Below the pieces are notes generated by a model that was given only the letters and a program-made list of their open reading frames with translations, was not told where the DNA came from and did no database searches. Shown piece after piece: positions 30,601 to 44,410 of a stretch of DNA of 64,000 nt (position 1 is the first letter of the stretch; every line of letters starts with the position of its first letter). Both the position numbers and the translations under genes were made by a program. The DNA comes from the human T2T-CHM13v2.0 reference genome, Homo sapiens: the NCBI RefSeq assembly GCF_009914755.1, contig NC_060947.1; one strand, given 5' to 3'.

Positions 30601-33600
30601 TTTGTATTTCTGTGGTATCAATTGTAATGCCTCCTTTTTCATTTCTGATTTTATTTATTTGGGTCTTCTCTCTTCTTGATTATTCTAGCTAGTGGTTTAT
30701 CAATTTTGTTTATCAACCAACTTTTCATTTAATTGGTCTTTTCTATTGTTTCTAGTCTCCACTTAATTCTGCTCTGATAGTTTAAGTTTCTTTACTTCTA
30801 ATTTTGGGTCTGTTCTTAATTTGATAGTTCCTTGAGGTGCATTGTTTGATAATTTGAAATCTATTTTTTCAATGTAGCCTTTATTGTTATAAATTTCTCT
30901 CTTACCACTGCTTTTGTTGTATTCCACAGGTGTTGTTATGCTTTATTTTATTTTCATTTGTTTCAAAAAATGTTTTGATTTCCATCTTAATTTCTTCATT
31001 GAGCCAGTGGTTGTTCAGGAGCATGTTCTTTAATTTCCATGAATTTGTATTGTTTCCAAAGTTCCTCTTAATATTGATTTCTAGTTTTATTCCATTGTGG
31101 TCTGAGAAGTTACTTGGTATGATTCCAATTTTTATAATTTGTTGAGCCTTTTTTTGGTCGTGGCCTAACATATACTCTATCCTGGAGAATGTTCCATGTG
31201 CTGATGAAAAGAATGTGCATTCTGCAGTAGTTGGATGAAATGTTCTATAAACGTCTGTTAGGTCCATTTGGCTTAAAGTTGAGTTTAAATCCAATGTCAC
31301 TTCTTCTTTGTCTAGATGACCTGTCTAACGCTGAGAGTGGGTGTTGAAGTCCTCCATAATTACTGTATTAGAGTCTAAATCTTTAGATCTAGTAATATTT
31401 GCTTTATGAATCTGGGTGCTCCAGTGTTGGTTGCATATATATTTAGAATTGGTATTTCTTCTTGCTGGTTTGATCCCTTTATCATTATATAATGACTTTC
31501 TTTGTCTTTACTATTTTTGGCTTAAAGTATCTTTCATCTGACATAAGCATAGCTACTCCTGCTGGCTTTTGGTTTCCATTAGTGTGGAATATACTTTTCC
31601 ACCCCTTTACTTTCAGTCATACATGTCTATATGTAAAGTGCATTTATCATAGGCAGCACATAGTTAGATCATGTTTTTTTTACCCTTTTACCCAGTCCAT
31701 ATTTTTAAGTGGAGAAATTAATCCTTTTATATTCAAGGTTACCATTAATATGTGAGGTTTTGTTCTGTCATGTTATTCATTGTTTTCTGGTTATTTTGTA
31801 TAATCTTTGTTCCTTTTTTTCCCTTATCGTTTGTCACTGTGGTTTGGAAATTACCTGTAGTGGTATCAGTTGAGCACTTTTTCTTTCTCATCTGTATGTT
31901 TGCATTACCATTCAGCTTAATACTTAACATTTTGTTTTCATGGTGGTAAATGTTGTCCTTTTGCTTCTAGGTTTATGACTCCCTTGAGCATTTCTTGTAG
32001 GGGCAGTCTAGTGATGATGAATTCCCCCAGCTTTTGCTCATCTGGGAAAGACTTTATTTCTCCTCCATTTATGAAATATAATTTTGCCAAAAATGGTATC
32101 CTTGGCTAGCAGATTTTTTTTCCTTTTAGCACGTTGAATATATGATTTCATTCTCTCTGGCCTATAATATATCTGTGGGGAAATCTGCTGTTAGTCTCAT
32201 AAGGGTTCCTTTATAGGTAACTAGATGCTTTTTTAGAATTATTTGTCATTGACTTTAGACATTGTAAATATAATGTACCATGGGGAAGATCTTTTTGCAT
32301 TGTATGTTTGAGGATCCCTGGGCTTCCTGTATGTGAATGTCCAAACCTCTTGGTAGACCTGGAAATTTTTCATCTATTATTTCATTAAATAGGTTTTCAA
32401 AATCTTTTGTTCTCTCTTTGCCTTTTGGGACACCAATAATTTGTATATTTGGTTACTTTATGGTGTCCCATATATCACAAAGGCTTTGTTCATTCTTTTT
32501 TATTTTTGTCCAGGTTATTTCTAAAAACCTTTCTTCAAGATCTTAGATTCTTTCTTCTGCTTGATCTAGTCTATTGTTGGAGTTTTTCAAGTGCATTTTG
32601 CAGTTCAATGTAGTCTTCAGTTCCAGAATTTTTTTTAATGATAGATATTTCTTTCTCATTCATGTCCTAAATTGTTTTCCTGATTTCTTTTTATCATTTT
32701 TTAGAATTTTCTTCTATCTCACTGAACTTCTTTAGAATTGATAATTTGAATTATTTTTCCAGGATTTAATGAATTTCTTTTTGATTGAAATCTGGTTTTG
32801 GATAATTATTTTGTTCCTTTTGGAGGTGTCATGTTTCCTTGCTTTTTCGTGTTTCCTGCGTCCTTACATTGATACTTGCCTATCTGGTGTATCAGTCACT
32901 TCTTTCAATTTTTTGAATTTGCTTTGTTAGAGGAGGGCTTTTTCCTGAAGATCTATCTATAGTATTGGTTGAGTAGGGCACTTTGGCTGTTATTCTGGGT
33001 GCATGAAGTAGTGTAGTCTCTGTATGATTTCTTTGGCTATAAACAGTGTCAGTGGTATCTAAGGTTTCCTTGCTGGCTTATGGTGAAGTTATTGGTGGAG
33101 GCTGTGAAACAGTTTTGCGGGGGACTGGTACACCAAGTATGCCAGTCTTTGGACCCCACTGGTGGCAGCAGTGGGCTAAGCATGCCTGTCCTTGGGTCCC
33201 AGGGTGGCGTACACTGGCACCATTGTTAGCAGGTCCAGGCATGCCAATGCTTGGGCCTCCAGGTAGCTTACTTGGATGCCAGTAGAGGCATATATGGATC
33301 AGGCAAGTGAGTGGGTTCTCAGGATCCTGGGCAGTCAGTGTGGTGAGGGTGATGGCAGTGGTGGTGGTGGGATGATGCTCTGCTTCCCAAGTGGTTCATG
33401 CTGGTACGGGCAGTGGTGGCTGTAGTGGCCTGGAAACTGGCCCACAGGTAGGTGTCACCTGTGGTAGAGGCAGCTGGGTGGGTAAGAACAACCTCAGGCC
33501 CCTGGGAGGAGTATTCAGGTGCCAATGTTAGTGGACTGGGCTTGGTAATCCCCTGGCTCCTGGACTATGTGCTCTGTCTGAAGGTAGGATGAGGAGGGAC

Positions 33601-33871
33601 AAAGCTTGGCCAGGATGGCTTGTCCTTGGGCCTCTTGATGATATGTACAGGTGCTGCCTATGAGAGGCAGGGGAAGAGCAATCATCAGACCACTGGCAGG
33701 ATGCTTGGGTGGGCAGTAACAGCATAGCTGCTACTGGGTGCAGTGTCACCTTCAGTGACAGCAGCCTAAGTCGGTAGGTGGGGAGTGCACACACCACTCA
33801 CACCTCAGCACTCACCTTAGCCCTGGGTGTGGTAGCCTATGCTCACTTGTGTCTAAGAGCCAAGGTGAGCA
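27672..33871 (-). mobile_element. Near full-length decayed L1 (L1MA-like, about 6.2 kb)
   Basis: ORF 30902..31300 is L1 ORF2 endonuclease-like ([35 protein letters not shown]). GC-rich 5' region at 33.1-33.87 kb. Candidate TSD atggcttgat at 27662 and 33872. Confidence 0.9.
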
Positions 33872-33880
33872 ATGGCTTGA

Positions 33881-33911
<31 letters not shown>

Positions 33912-35823
33912 TTTGCGTATTGACAATGCAAGGGAATTTAGATCGTCCTGGCACTGGTTCTATCACTACTCTAGCTCTTGCACCTTTGTGATCTCTGCTT
34001 GCCATTTGCCTCTTTGCTCTCAGATGCATATCCTGCCATAGTGGTTGGAGATTAACTAATGCCTCTGGGATTTTACACAGGTGAAGGTGTTCAGAAGAGG
34101 TTCTGCAGAACTTGCCTGGTCACACAAAATGCACTACTGACCACATTTACCAACTTTCCTCTTCCAGCTCCAACTTTCTTTCTTTTCCTTTCTCTACTAA
34201 GCCTGACACAACTAGGTTAAAGAGTGTTTCTACATAATGTCTAAAAATGTTGATTCTGAGAAACAGTAGGACAATTTGGCAAAGTAAGAACAAGTTTGGT
34301 GTATTTCATTTCGGAACTTAGATGACCAAAATCCATTAAAAAATTAAAACTTTAATAATTATTAAAACGGTTTGCAGCTTTGTGACTGTTTATTAATTGG
34401 TTTAATATATATTCATTAACAAAATTAATATTCATTAACAATTATAAACAAAAATTAATAAACATATAAAACTTTCATGCTGTACATGCTAAAACATATT
34501 CCAGACAAAAGATGCCTTAAAATGTTCCTACCATTGGTTTAGAAATGGTATACCAAAAAACTAGCCTAAGGAAAAAAGAAAGGCAACTAAAACTGATGTG
34601 GCGTGGTATTTAGTACAGGAGGTCAAAGATATTTAAATCTTTGACGTAAGATAGACAAAATACTAGAAAAAGTAAATATTTCATAATATATGAAGGAAAA
34701 CAGGGAGATGTTTTCTCTCACTAAGTTACATCTGTAATGTGGGTTGATATATGGTCATGAAAAATGGCAGTAGTCACAGACTGGTCATTCTGTCCAACAG
34801 ACTCCTTTTCTCTGAGACCTTCCAACTGTACACACATTCTTCTATTTTCTGTGTGACTGAGTCCCATGGCCATTGCTACTTGGTTTGATACTTGTCACCT
34901 CACCCTAGATGAGCCAATCAGGTATTTTTCCTGATAATTTGGAGTTTGGAACTAGACCCCAAAACTCAGTGTTTTTCCTCTAAGTTTCATTACTGCCATT
35001 TCTGTATAGAGAACATTATTTAGAATACCTACTATTGAGTTCTCTTGAGCTACCCTTGTTTCTGTCCTTGCGAAGCATGCTTGCTGCTTTGGTTTCTTGG
35101 ATTCTGTAAAGTACTTATGTTCTTCTAATTAATTATTTTGTTGTAGAAGTTCCCACTTTGTATTACATGCAACAAATATAAGCATTATCAAAGAAGTGTG
35201 TGGTTCTGCAATGTGCTTTATCAAGTGTACCACAGCAGAGCTCTGAAGTATGTCATCTGGTGCATTGAGGACAAAATATTGGCAGCAGGGGCATAGAGGC
35301 TTCCAGGCCAGGGTAGAAACTCTCTCCTTTGTAATAAAGGTAAGAAATGTAGTGGGTAATCTAACATCTTCCTATGAGGAGTGGTCTTTTTTGGCCATTA
35401 CATGAGGCCACAAATACATTTTGAATGATTGTGGAGGTGATTAGGGAAATTTACTGAAATGTCTAAGGATAAGGCAAAGTTGGGGGGCCAATATGGTTCT
35501 GCAAAAGATCAGTTCAGAAGTCATGAGGACCTGAAATGGAAGTAATGGGCACACAGTTAATTCTTGGTCAAACCTGAAGTAGAACTTTTGTCTCTTAGTC
35601 AGTGGTGTTTTTCATTATACCATAGTGTTTAGTTTTGAAGGATGAGAGTCAAAATAGATAAGCCAGTGTGAGAATCTTTTTGGCATTCTCTAAATATTTT
35701 AATATTCTACCTACTGTTTCTTAGTTTTAAAAATTATCTTTGCAATTTCCAAACAGACATTTGTCAGATTTTTGACATATATAACAAAAATGATATAATT
35801 TCAGAACCTTAAAAGAGGATCTT

Positions 35824-36118
35824 GGCTGGGTGAGGTGGCTCATGCCTGTAATCCCAGCACTTTGGGAGGCCAAGGCAGGCAGGCCACGAGGTCAGGAGTT
35901 TGAGACCAGCCTGGCTAACATGGTGAAACCCTGTCTCTACTAAAAGTACAAAAATTAGCTGGGCATGGTGGCATGCACCTGTAATCCCAGCTACTTGAAA
36001 AGCTGAGGCAGGAGAGCCACTTGAACCTGGGAGGCAGAAGTTGCAGTGAGCCAAGATCGTGCCACTTCACTCCAGCCTGGGCAACAGAGTAAGACTCCAT
36101 CTCAAAAAAAAAAAAAAA
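35824..36118 (+). mobile_element. AluS element
   Basis: Full dimer with poly(A) tail. Confidence 0.95.
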
Positions 36119-36757
36119 GATCTTAGAATCTAGAAAATAAAATATATGTTCCCAATCCATACTAATTGGCCTTTAGAGCAGAATATCCTTAATTCTTAAG
36201 GCATACCATTAATTTAATAATATACATTTAAAGTATATATATCTTATCATTATCTTCTTGATCTCAGAAATGTTAAAATGTAAAAAAGTAAGCATCTTGA
36301 AATACAAGAAAAACTGCTTATAGCCCTTATCTGGTTGTCTGGTTACTGTTTTATTGTATATACATGATACTGACAATTGCTTTGAAATATTTTTGATGGT
36401 TTTGGCAAATAAATGTTTATCCATATTAGGTAACTTTTTAAAATGATGAATGATGGTTTCCAACTGTGTTTTAGCATCCTCAAAATCTTCACTTTTTTTC
36501 CCTGTGAGCTCTTAACATGGAGAAAAATATGGGTCATTTTCCTAAAATTATGCTATTCTTACTTTATGGGAATAATCTCCATTTGTTACGATGTACAATT
36601 CTTCCAATGCATTATGGGATTTGTTTGGTTATTTTTCTTCAGGATTTTTGCATCTCCATAAATGGAAATGATCTCTCTTTATGCTCGTCTTGTCAGTTTT
36701 TGAAGTTGCTACAGAGGAAAGAAATGAGACTTAAGGGGAAGCAAGGTTGGGGGGGGT

Positions 36758-37155
36758 TATCTTAGTCCATTTTGTGCTGCTATAACAGATTATCACAGAC
36801 TCGGTAATTATAAAGAACAGAAATGTATTTTCTCACAGTTCTGGAGGCTGGAAAGTCCAAGATCAAGGCACTGACACCTGGTCTGGTGAGGGCCTTCTTG
36901 CTGCATCCTCACATGGTATAAGGTAGAAGGGCTAGAGAGGATGAACACTGTGTCCTCATATGGCAGAAAAGTGAAAGTGGGTGAATCCACTCCTGCAAGC
37001 CCTTTTAATAACAGCATTAATCCATCCATGCATCCATGAAGATGGAACTCTCTTGACCTAATCACCTCCCAAAGGCCACACCACCCAGCACTGCTGTACT
37101 GGGGATTAAGTTTCCAACCCATGAATTTTGGAGGGGACACATTCAAATTATAGCA
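36758..37155 (-). mobile_element. MaLR LTR (MSTD/MLT1A-like)
   Basis: cttagtccattttgtgctgctataacag...ctcacagttctggaggctggaaagtccaagatcaagg...gacacattcaaattatagca. Confidence 0.85.
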
Positions 37156-37569
37156 AGGTTTATTTATATAATTTTATATTTTTAAATAGATTCCAGAATT
37201 GTTTCTTTTGATTAATTAGAAAGAGGAAACATTGTTGATGTAGGAAGAGAAGCAATTAGTGTTGGATGTTTATGCAGGAGTGAAGTCCCCATAAAGGCAA
37301 AATCTTCATGAAGGCCATGTGCACAGTGGAGGGATTTGGGAAAGGGCTTAGACATCTCTCCATTGTTACAGAAGAGTAGGCAGAGAAAGCTGGAAGATGT
37401 CAGGATGTTGATAAAGGAGCTCATGTCTAATGGCTTTTGTGTCAGATTTGGGGAATGAGATGTGACTGCAGAAGCAGAGGTTGACGCGATGGGAACCAGC
37501 AACCAGTGAATGTGAGAAGTATGTAAAAGCTGGAAAAGGCAAGGGAATATATTCTTCCCTAGAGCTACC

Positions 37570-38038
37570 TGTGGGGGTTCAATCAGGCTGGTGGGAAAAA
37601 TTTTAGTTATAATAGCCACAAATGCTCTTGGAAGGCCTGAGAGTTTGCATAACTTCGGTAATAGATCTGGCTGAAGGCAGCCAGAGTCTCTATGCAGGAG
37701 CCAGAGAGCTCAGGGTGCAAATACAAAGGAATGTAGAGTAGTTTATCTAACTAACTTGTTTACTCATGTGGTCCTAAGACTAACCTTTGATTTACTGCAG
37801 GTGCTTAATTGCTTTCTACTCGGGAAGTCCACAATGTCAATTACCCTCTAGTGGTGTTGACTCAAGCCTTTGTCAATTAATCTTTGCTGAATAAATGCGA
37901 GTCTCACCAGCTGGTCAGGACCTCGGCTGCTACTAAGTGGCCTGGACACTCAGCTGGACCGGCAAAGCAGAATACCTGTGTGTCAGTGTACTTTATTCAT
38001 CCATTGTTGAGTCAGGGTCTGCAGGACGGACCCCCGCA
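37570..38038 (+). mobile_element. Solo ERV1 LTR (LTR6-like) nested in an older MLT1 LTR (about 37270-38170)
   Basis: TG...CA termini (tgtgggggttcaatcaggctgg...ggacggacccccgca). Flanks gctacc/gctgcc. MLT1 end gttagagcagcaacagaaaactaataca at about 38170. Confidence 0.75.
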
Positions 38039-38335
38039 GCTGCCAAAAGGAACATAATTCTGTCAACCCATTTTAGAATTCTGACACTCACAATGTTAAT
38101 ATATTTGTGTCATTTTAAGCTACTTAAGTTCATGGTTATCTGTTAGAGCAGCAACAGAAAACTAATACAAAGGCCTTAATCAAGGCCTTTCAACCTTGAC
38201 ATCAAAGTTGAGGAAATATGCCATGAAGTGCCATTTATTTTTTCCAAGTTTAAGAAAAGGTCAAATTGAGCTGTTAAATGGAGATACAAGGGAGATAATT
38301 ACCACTTTCTCTCTTTCTCTCCAAATGTATTTATA

Positions 38336-38410
38336 GAGAGATAGATAGGTAGATAGACAGATAGATAGACAGATAGGATAGATATAGATATTGACATATA
38401 GATACAGATA
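38336..38410. repeat. (GATA)n-type microsatellite
   Basis: agatagataggtagatagacagatagatag... Confidence 0.9.
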
Positions 38411-39797
38411 ATGGGTTTCAATACTTAAAGGACCTGTTTTAATTTATATTTGCCTGCATAATTTCAACTGGTGGAGATGAGGTAGTGTGCGCAGGGTCTA
38501 TGGGGTCCTTTTAAAACTCAAGCTGATTGTGCCAAACACTTAATTTTAACTTTTTACTCATTTGAGTCTGAGTATCCATGCCCACTATGAGATAGGGCAA
38601 TGGGGACTACGGCCATAGAAAATTAGGCAATGTAACAGTTCTGTTGTTTAAGGTAAGGCATACTTGTGTATCTTCTATTTTATGTTTGATAACTGCCCTA
38701 AGAGTATAGGGGGTACTTTGTTTAAATGTAGTGGGATCCCCAGATATAGCTGTACTTTGGACCCCAGTACTGATTAAGGACATGAAGGTTTACCAACTGG
38801 TGTATTTTAGCAGGTGTTAAAATTAATTCTGAATCCAGAGGCATAAAAACAAATCAGCACCCTTTTGTTTTTCTGTTGTATATAGTATTTTAGTAAATGC
38901 TTGCCTTCCAATTGGGTCAATTTTGTTTCTTCACCCTTGTATTCAGGTTTTTTAAGGAAATGCTAAATACACTTTGGGAGGTCTTCCCTACCCTGCTCAT
39001 ATTTATTGGTTTCTTCTTCCAGATAGTCTCAAGTTATTATTATCAGAGTTAGCAGCCTTCCTTATGGCAATGATTGCTTTACTGGGTTTAAGGATCCTGG
39101 GCTTAAGTCGGGTTTGAATGGACCCCTTGATTGTGCAACAGGGCACATGAAAATATCATTAGCATTTTCCAATAACATAATCAGGGGTTCTGTTGTTACA
39201 AAGTCATAGGCTGCAGTGACAACAAAAGCATTTTGTAGGGTCCTAGTGAGGCTTTTGCTTTTAGGAGCAAGAAGTCAGCCTGCCACATGGTAACTGCTCT
39301 TCCTCCATATAAGTGACCACCTCATGGGCACATAGATTGCACAGGGCATTATTCTTTCCATTGAGTTCTACAGAATGGGGCCAATGCCTGGTTGAGACTT
39401 ACAGACAGTAGTCACAGGGTAAGATTCATTCCCCTGAGCCCAGTGACAGTCATGGCTTATTCTGGAATTCAATGTAATCTGAGACACACAGATACATTTG
39501 GAACCAGACACATTACCCAGGGTCATTTTAAGGATGACCCCAATCCCATAATTCTATCCCCAAAGTTAACTGTTGAAATTTCCATATTAGGTTAGTTAAA
39601 CTGAAGCTTGGTAGGATTCAATAAATGCAGAGCAAAGAAACATAGCTCAAAGAGCAAGCTTTCTAGCAGAAGGCAGCTCAAAGTGCATCCTTTCAGTCAG
39701 CAGCTGAGCCAGTGAGGAAGCCAAACCAAGAGATCAAAGATACTCTGTGATAGTGGACATTGTTTAGAAAGCATGCTCACTGTACCAATACTTGTTG

Positions 39798-39800
<3 letters not shown>

Positions 39801-39841
<41 letters not shown>
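39801..39841. repeat. (CA)n microsatellite
   Basis: Visible run. Confidence 0.95.
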
Positions 39842-41084
39842 CCAAAGAAGGTTTTTAAGAGGTTTATTACTCACATACCGAGGCTTTCTGGGGAGAGGAG
39901 GGCAGGCAACCCGAGGCACTGATTAAAATCCGTCACAGTAAAAGATGAAAAATGGAGGTAAGATACTTGATGACACATTTTCTTGACAAACTTTGAAGTA
40001 GGAATGATTATGACCCCAGTTTACAGATGAGAAAATGAAGCTTAGAGAAGTGAACCCAATTGATCTAAAAATAATTTATAAGTGTCAGCAATGGAACTTG
40101 GATACACATTTACCTTATGTTAGTGACTATGTTCTTAATCCAGGCCAGGTAAAGTGGAAAACATTTGAACTAGTAAAAAGTTGATTTCCAAAGTAATGGA
40201 GAGACATTGTCTTATTATGTGTGGATACCTGTTAAATTAATAATAAATGCTGCAACAATTATGTGCAGTATACAATTATACTTTAAAACAGAGGATGCTG
40301 CTGTTAGTATACTAACTCTTGTTTGAATTGGACATTACATCAGTGCTTCTTAGTGCACTAATAAAAATATAGTTTCTTGCCTCAGGACACATACACCTCT
40401 GTGACACCAGTAACACTGTAGTCAGAGGCTGAAGGTCAGTGTGTCGGTAGGCTATTGGATCTCACAGTGTTGCAAGTGACTTAAGGTCATGACTCACCTG
40501 AGCACCATTAGTATCACCGGCAGCAGGGCTTCAGGCCCAGATGCCCACGCTCTAACATTAGGAGAACCAGAATTGAGGTCATGCATGGCTGCAAGCGTAG
40601 TTGTCTTAGGTCTCTGAGAATACAGTACATGCTGTGTTAGCCCAGCTGAGGTTCTCAACAGCAGATGCTAGCAGAAATCTCAGGGACAAAAATGGAATGT
40701 CCTTTCCTGAGTGAAAACAAGCAATTCCATAGCCAAGGACCTGACCATCGGCCATGGTGTAGAGACCAGCTTAAGACTCAGGAGCCCTGCCCCTTCTGCT
40801 ACTGTGAGGACCATGAGCTTTGCCTTACTCTAAGATGTCTTCTTTGGAAATGGGAAGAAGGCAGGGGAAACAACCCTACTGATGAGACACACTTTCAAGG
40901 AAATGTATATCCAATGGTGACTGCTTAAATCAGAGGTTGGCTGAGGTGACCACATGATAAATGCTAAGGGAGGAGGATTAAATGAGATGATATTACTAAA
41001 GCACTCAGTACAGTGGCTGGCATGCAGAGAGTGCTCAGAGCCAGTGCATGCCAGCCACTGTTCTGAGTGCTTTAGTAATATCAT

Positions 41085-42791
41085 TGAGAGGTGACAGCAC
41101 GCTGGCAGTCCTCACAGCCCTCGCTTGCTCTCGGCGCCTCCTCTGCCTGGGCTCCCACTTTGGTGGCACTTGAGGAGCCCTTCAGCCCACCGCTGCACTG
41201 TGGGAGCCCCTTTCTGGGCTGGCCAAGGCCAGAGCCGGCTCCCTCAGCTTGCAGGGAGGCGTGGAGGGAGAGGTGTGAGCAGGAACCAGGGCTGCGAGCG
41301 GGCTTGCAGGCCAGCTGAGCTCCGGGTGGGCGTGGGCTTGGCGGGCCCCGCACTCGGAGCAGCCGGCCGGCCCTGCCGGCCCCGGGCAATGAGGGACGTA
41401 GCACCCGGGCCAGCGGCTGTGGAGGGTGTACTGGGTCCCCCAGCAGCGCCAGCCCACCGGCGATGCACTCGATTTCTCACCCGGCCTTAGCTGCCTTCCC
41501 ACAGGGCAGGGCTCGAGACCTGCAGCCCGCCATGCCTGAGCCTCCCACCCCCTCCATGGGCTCCTGTGCGGCCTGAGCCTCCCCGAGAGGCGCCACCCCC
41601 TGCTCCACGGCGCCCAGTCCCATCGACCACCCAAGGGCTGAGGAGTGCAAGCGCATCGCGTGGGACTGGCAGGCAGCTCCACCTGCAGCCCCGGTGCAGG
41701 ATCCACTGGGTGAAACCAGCTGGGCTCCTGAGTCTGGTGGGGACGTGGAGAACCTTTATGTCTAGCTCAGGGATTGTAAATACACCAATCAGCACCCTGT
41801 GTCTAGCTCAGGGTTTGTGAATGCACCAATCGACACTCTGTATCTAGCTACTCTGGTGGGGCCTTGGAGAACCTTTATGTCTAGCTCAGGGATTGTAAAT
41901 ACACCAATCGGCATTCTGTATCTAGCTCAAGGTTTGTAAACACACCAATCAGCACCCTGTGTCTAGCTCAGGGTTTGTGAGTGCACGAATCGACACTCTG
42001 TAACTAGCTGCTCTGGTGGGGCCTTGGAGAACCTTTATGTCTAGCTCAGGGATTGTAAATACACCAATGGGTACTCTGTATCTAGCTCAAGGTTTGTAAA
42101 CACACCAATCAGCACCCTGTGTCTAGCTCAGGGTTTGTGAGTGCACCAATCGACACTCTGTATCTAGCTACTCTGGTGGGGCCTTGGAGAACCTTTGTGT
42201 TGACACTCAGTATCTAGTTAATCTAGTGGAGATGTGGAGAACCTTTGTGTCTAGCTCAGGGATTGTAAACGCACCAATCAGCGCCCTGTCAAAACAGACC
42301 ACTCGGCTCTACCAATCAGCAGGATGTGGGTGGGGCCAGATAAGAGAATAAATGCAGGCTGCCTGAGCCAGCAGGGGCAACCCACTTGGGTCCCCTTCCA
42401 CACTGCGGAAGCTTTGTTCTTCCGCTCTTTGCAATAAATCTTGCTACTGCTCACTCTTTGGGTCCACACTGCTTTTATGAGCTGTAACACTCACCGCGAA
42501 GATCTGCAGCTTCACTCCTGAAGCCAGCAAGACCATGAGCCCACCGGGAGGAACGAACAACTCCAGATGCGCTGCCTTAAGAGCTGTAACACTCACCGCG
42601 AAGGTCTGCAGCTTCACTCCTGAGCCCGCGAGACCACGAACCCACCAGAAGGAAGAGACTCCGAACACATCCGAACATCAGAAGGAACAAACTCCAGACG
42701 CGCCACCTTAAGAGCTGTAACACTCACCGCGAGAGTCCGCGGCTTCATTCTTGAAGTCAGTGAGACCAAGAACCCACCAATTCCGAACACA
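41085..42791 (+). mobile_element. Solo ERV9 LTR12C, about 1.7 kb, 4-bp TSD tcat
   Basis: Start tgagaggtgacagc, CpG-rich U3, tandem CCAAT/tatcta enhancer repeats (41750-42320), U5 gagctgtaacactcaccgcg repeats, end ccaattccgaacaca. tcat at 41081-84 and 42792-95. Confidence 0.95.
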
Positions 42792-44199
42792 TCATCTCAT
42801 ATAATCCTCAGAAATTCCCAAGAATGATGGTGCTATTGTTATCTTTACCATACAAAAGGGGAACCTGAAGATCACAGAGGTTTAGGGACTTGCCCAAAAT
42901 CCCACAGAGCTTGGATTAAAAATCAGACCACCTGTCTCTTGAGCCTGTGTTCTCAGCCATGTCTGTATGTAATGATGTTTTACTAATTTGGACAAATGAC
43001 AGTCCCCACCCTACCATTATACAGCAGGGGTGGAGTTCATGAGTTCAATTAGTTTGTTGATGGCAAGTAAAGATGCTACATTATCTGGTTGTATCTAGAT
43101 GTTTTATCTCCCAGACCACTGAGCAGCCACAGTTCCCAAAGGAGTAGCAATTGGTCTGGGAGAGAGGGTTAAGAAGAGAGAGGAAAAATTAATTTCTCTT
43201 TCTCCTACATTGTTTCTCTGAGTCCCAGGACATGATTGGTTAAGTGCCAACAGGAGTCATGATGACTCACAATGCAGCTGAGAACCCTGTTACCATTTGC
43301 AATGACAAGAACTAAACACTAGCCACTACCACCAGGGTTACTCCTGGTTCAGGGCTGAATACAGTGAGTAAGTGGGAGGTGCTGGCAGAGGGGGTAGATA
43401 TTACTTTGTAATATCTGTTCCCTAGACACTCAGTTATCTTGGCCTCAGAGCTATTCCCTGGCTCATGCAAAATCTGTTAACAGGCCAAGAACACTGTTAA
43501 AATATTTTGGTAACTTCTGTGGGAGGAGTTACCAAAATCTGTTAACAGTATTCATTGCATTTCCACAGGTCCACTGGGCAATGATCAGCAATTCTGACTT
43601 CAAGATCCAATCACCCAGTGAAAGCTACAAGAGAACTCAGTACAAGGTAGTATTCCCTTTTCTCTCTCAGTCTCTACACCCAGCTTTGGTCATGACTGTA
43701 ATTATCACTTTTATAATACACAATTCATGTAAATGGGGTGTTTAATTGCAGAAATTTGACTGAGAGTACCCATATGTTTCAAGCCATATTCCCTTCCAAG
43801 TCTCTGATCTAGAATAACTATATTGTTACCATTAAAGTGTGACCCATATGGGTATTGTCCAGAGGCAGGACATGAATTTTCCAGGCTGACAGAGGGATAA
43901 TGGTGGGGACAGAGCTTTGTGTTTTTTATAGTGCTGTTTCCCTGAGGAACTAAAATGACTATTATGAGTAGATGTGGCTTTTGTCCACACTGGCTCCCCA
44001 CTCAGTCTCACATAAGAAGGGAGGAAATTGAGGTACAAGTGCCTGAAAGTGGGACGTTTGTGACCCAAGTCACAAACTCTGTTGTTTGAGTGGCAGGAAA
44101 GGCTTAGTCCTCCAGGTTTTCTTCTACCCCAGGTAGAACCATGTAAAGACCCTGAGGCCATGTTTAGTGTTCCAAACAAATTAGTTCTGAACCCAAACT

Positions 44200-44410
44200 A
44201 ATTGGGTTCACATCCTGGTACTGCCACATACTAGCTATGTGACCTTGTGCCAATTCCATGATTTTCCTGTGCCTGTCTCCTGCCCTAGATAAATGGGAAT
44301 GACAGTTGCACCCACCTCAAGGTGTTATGAGGCTAGATGAGTTTCTGCATGTCAAGCCCTCAGAGAAGTGCCTGGCAAGCAGACAGTGCTCAGCTGAGGA
44401 GGGTGAGTAA
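44200..44410 (+). mobile_element. MIR SINE
   Basis: gggttcacatcctgg...tagctatgtgaccttg...taaatggg...cacctcaagg. Confidence 0.7.

Noticed and set aside
30902-31300. L1 endonuclease-like ORF as a functional gene
   Set aside because: Short open fragment of a decayed L1, with stops and frameshifts on both sides.
41081-41820. Several long overlapping ORFs (up to 174 aa)
   Set aside because: Stop-poor GC-rich LTR12C sequence with no protein family signal.
41750-42760. Regularly spaced direct repeats resembling a CRISPR array
   Set aside because: Standard LTR12 U3 enhancer and U5 tandem repeats, with no unique spacers, in eukaryotic DNA.
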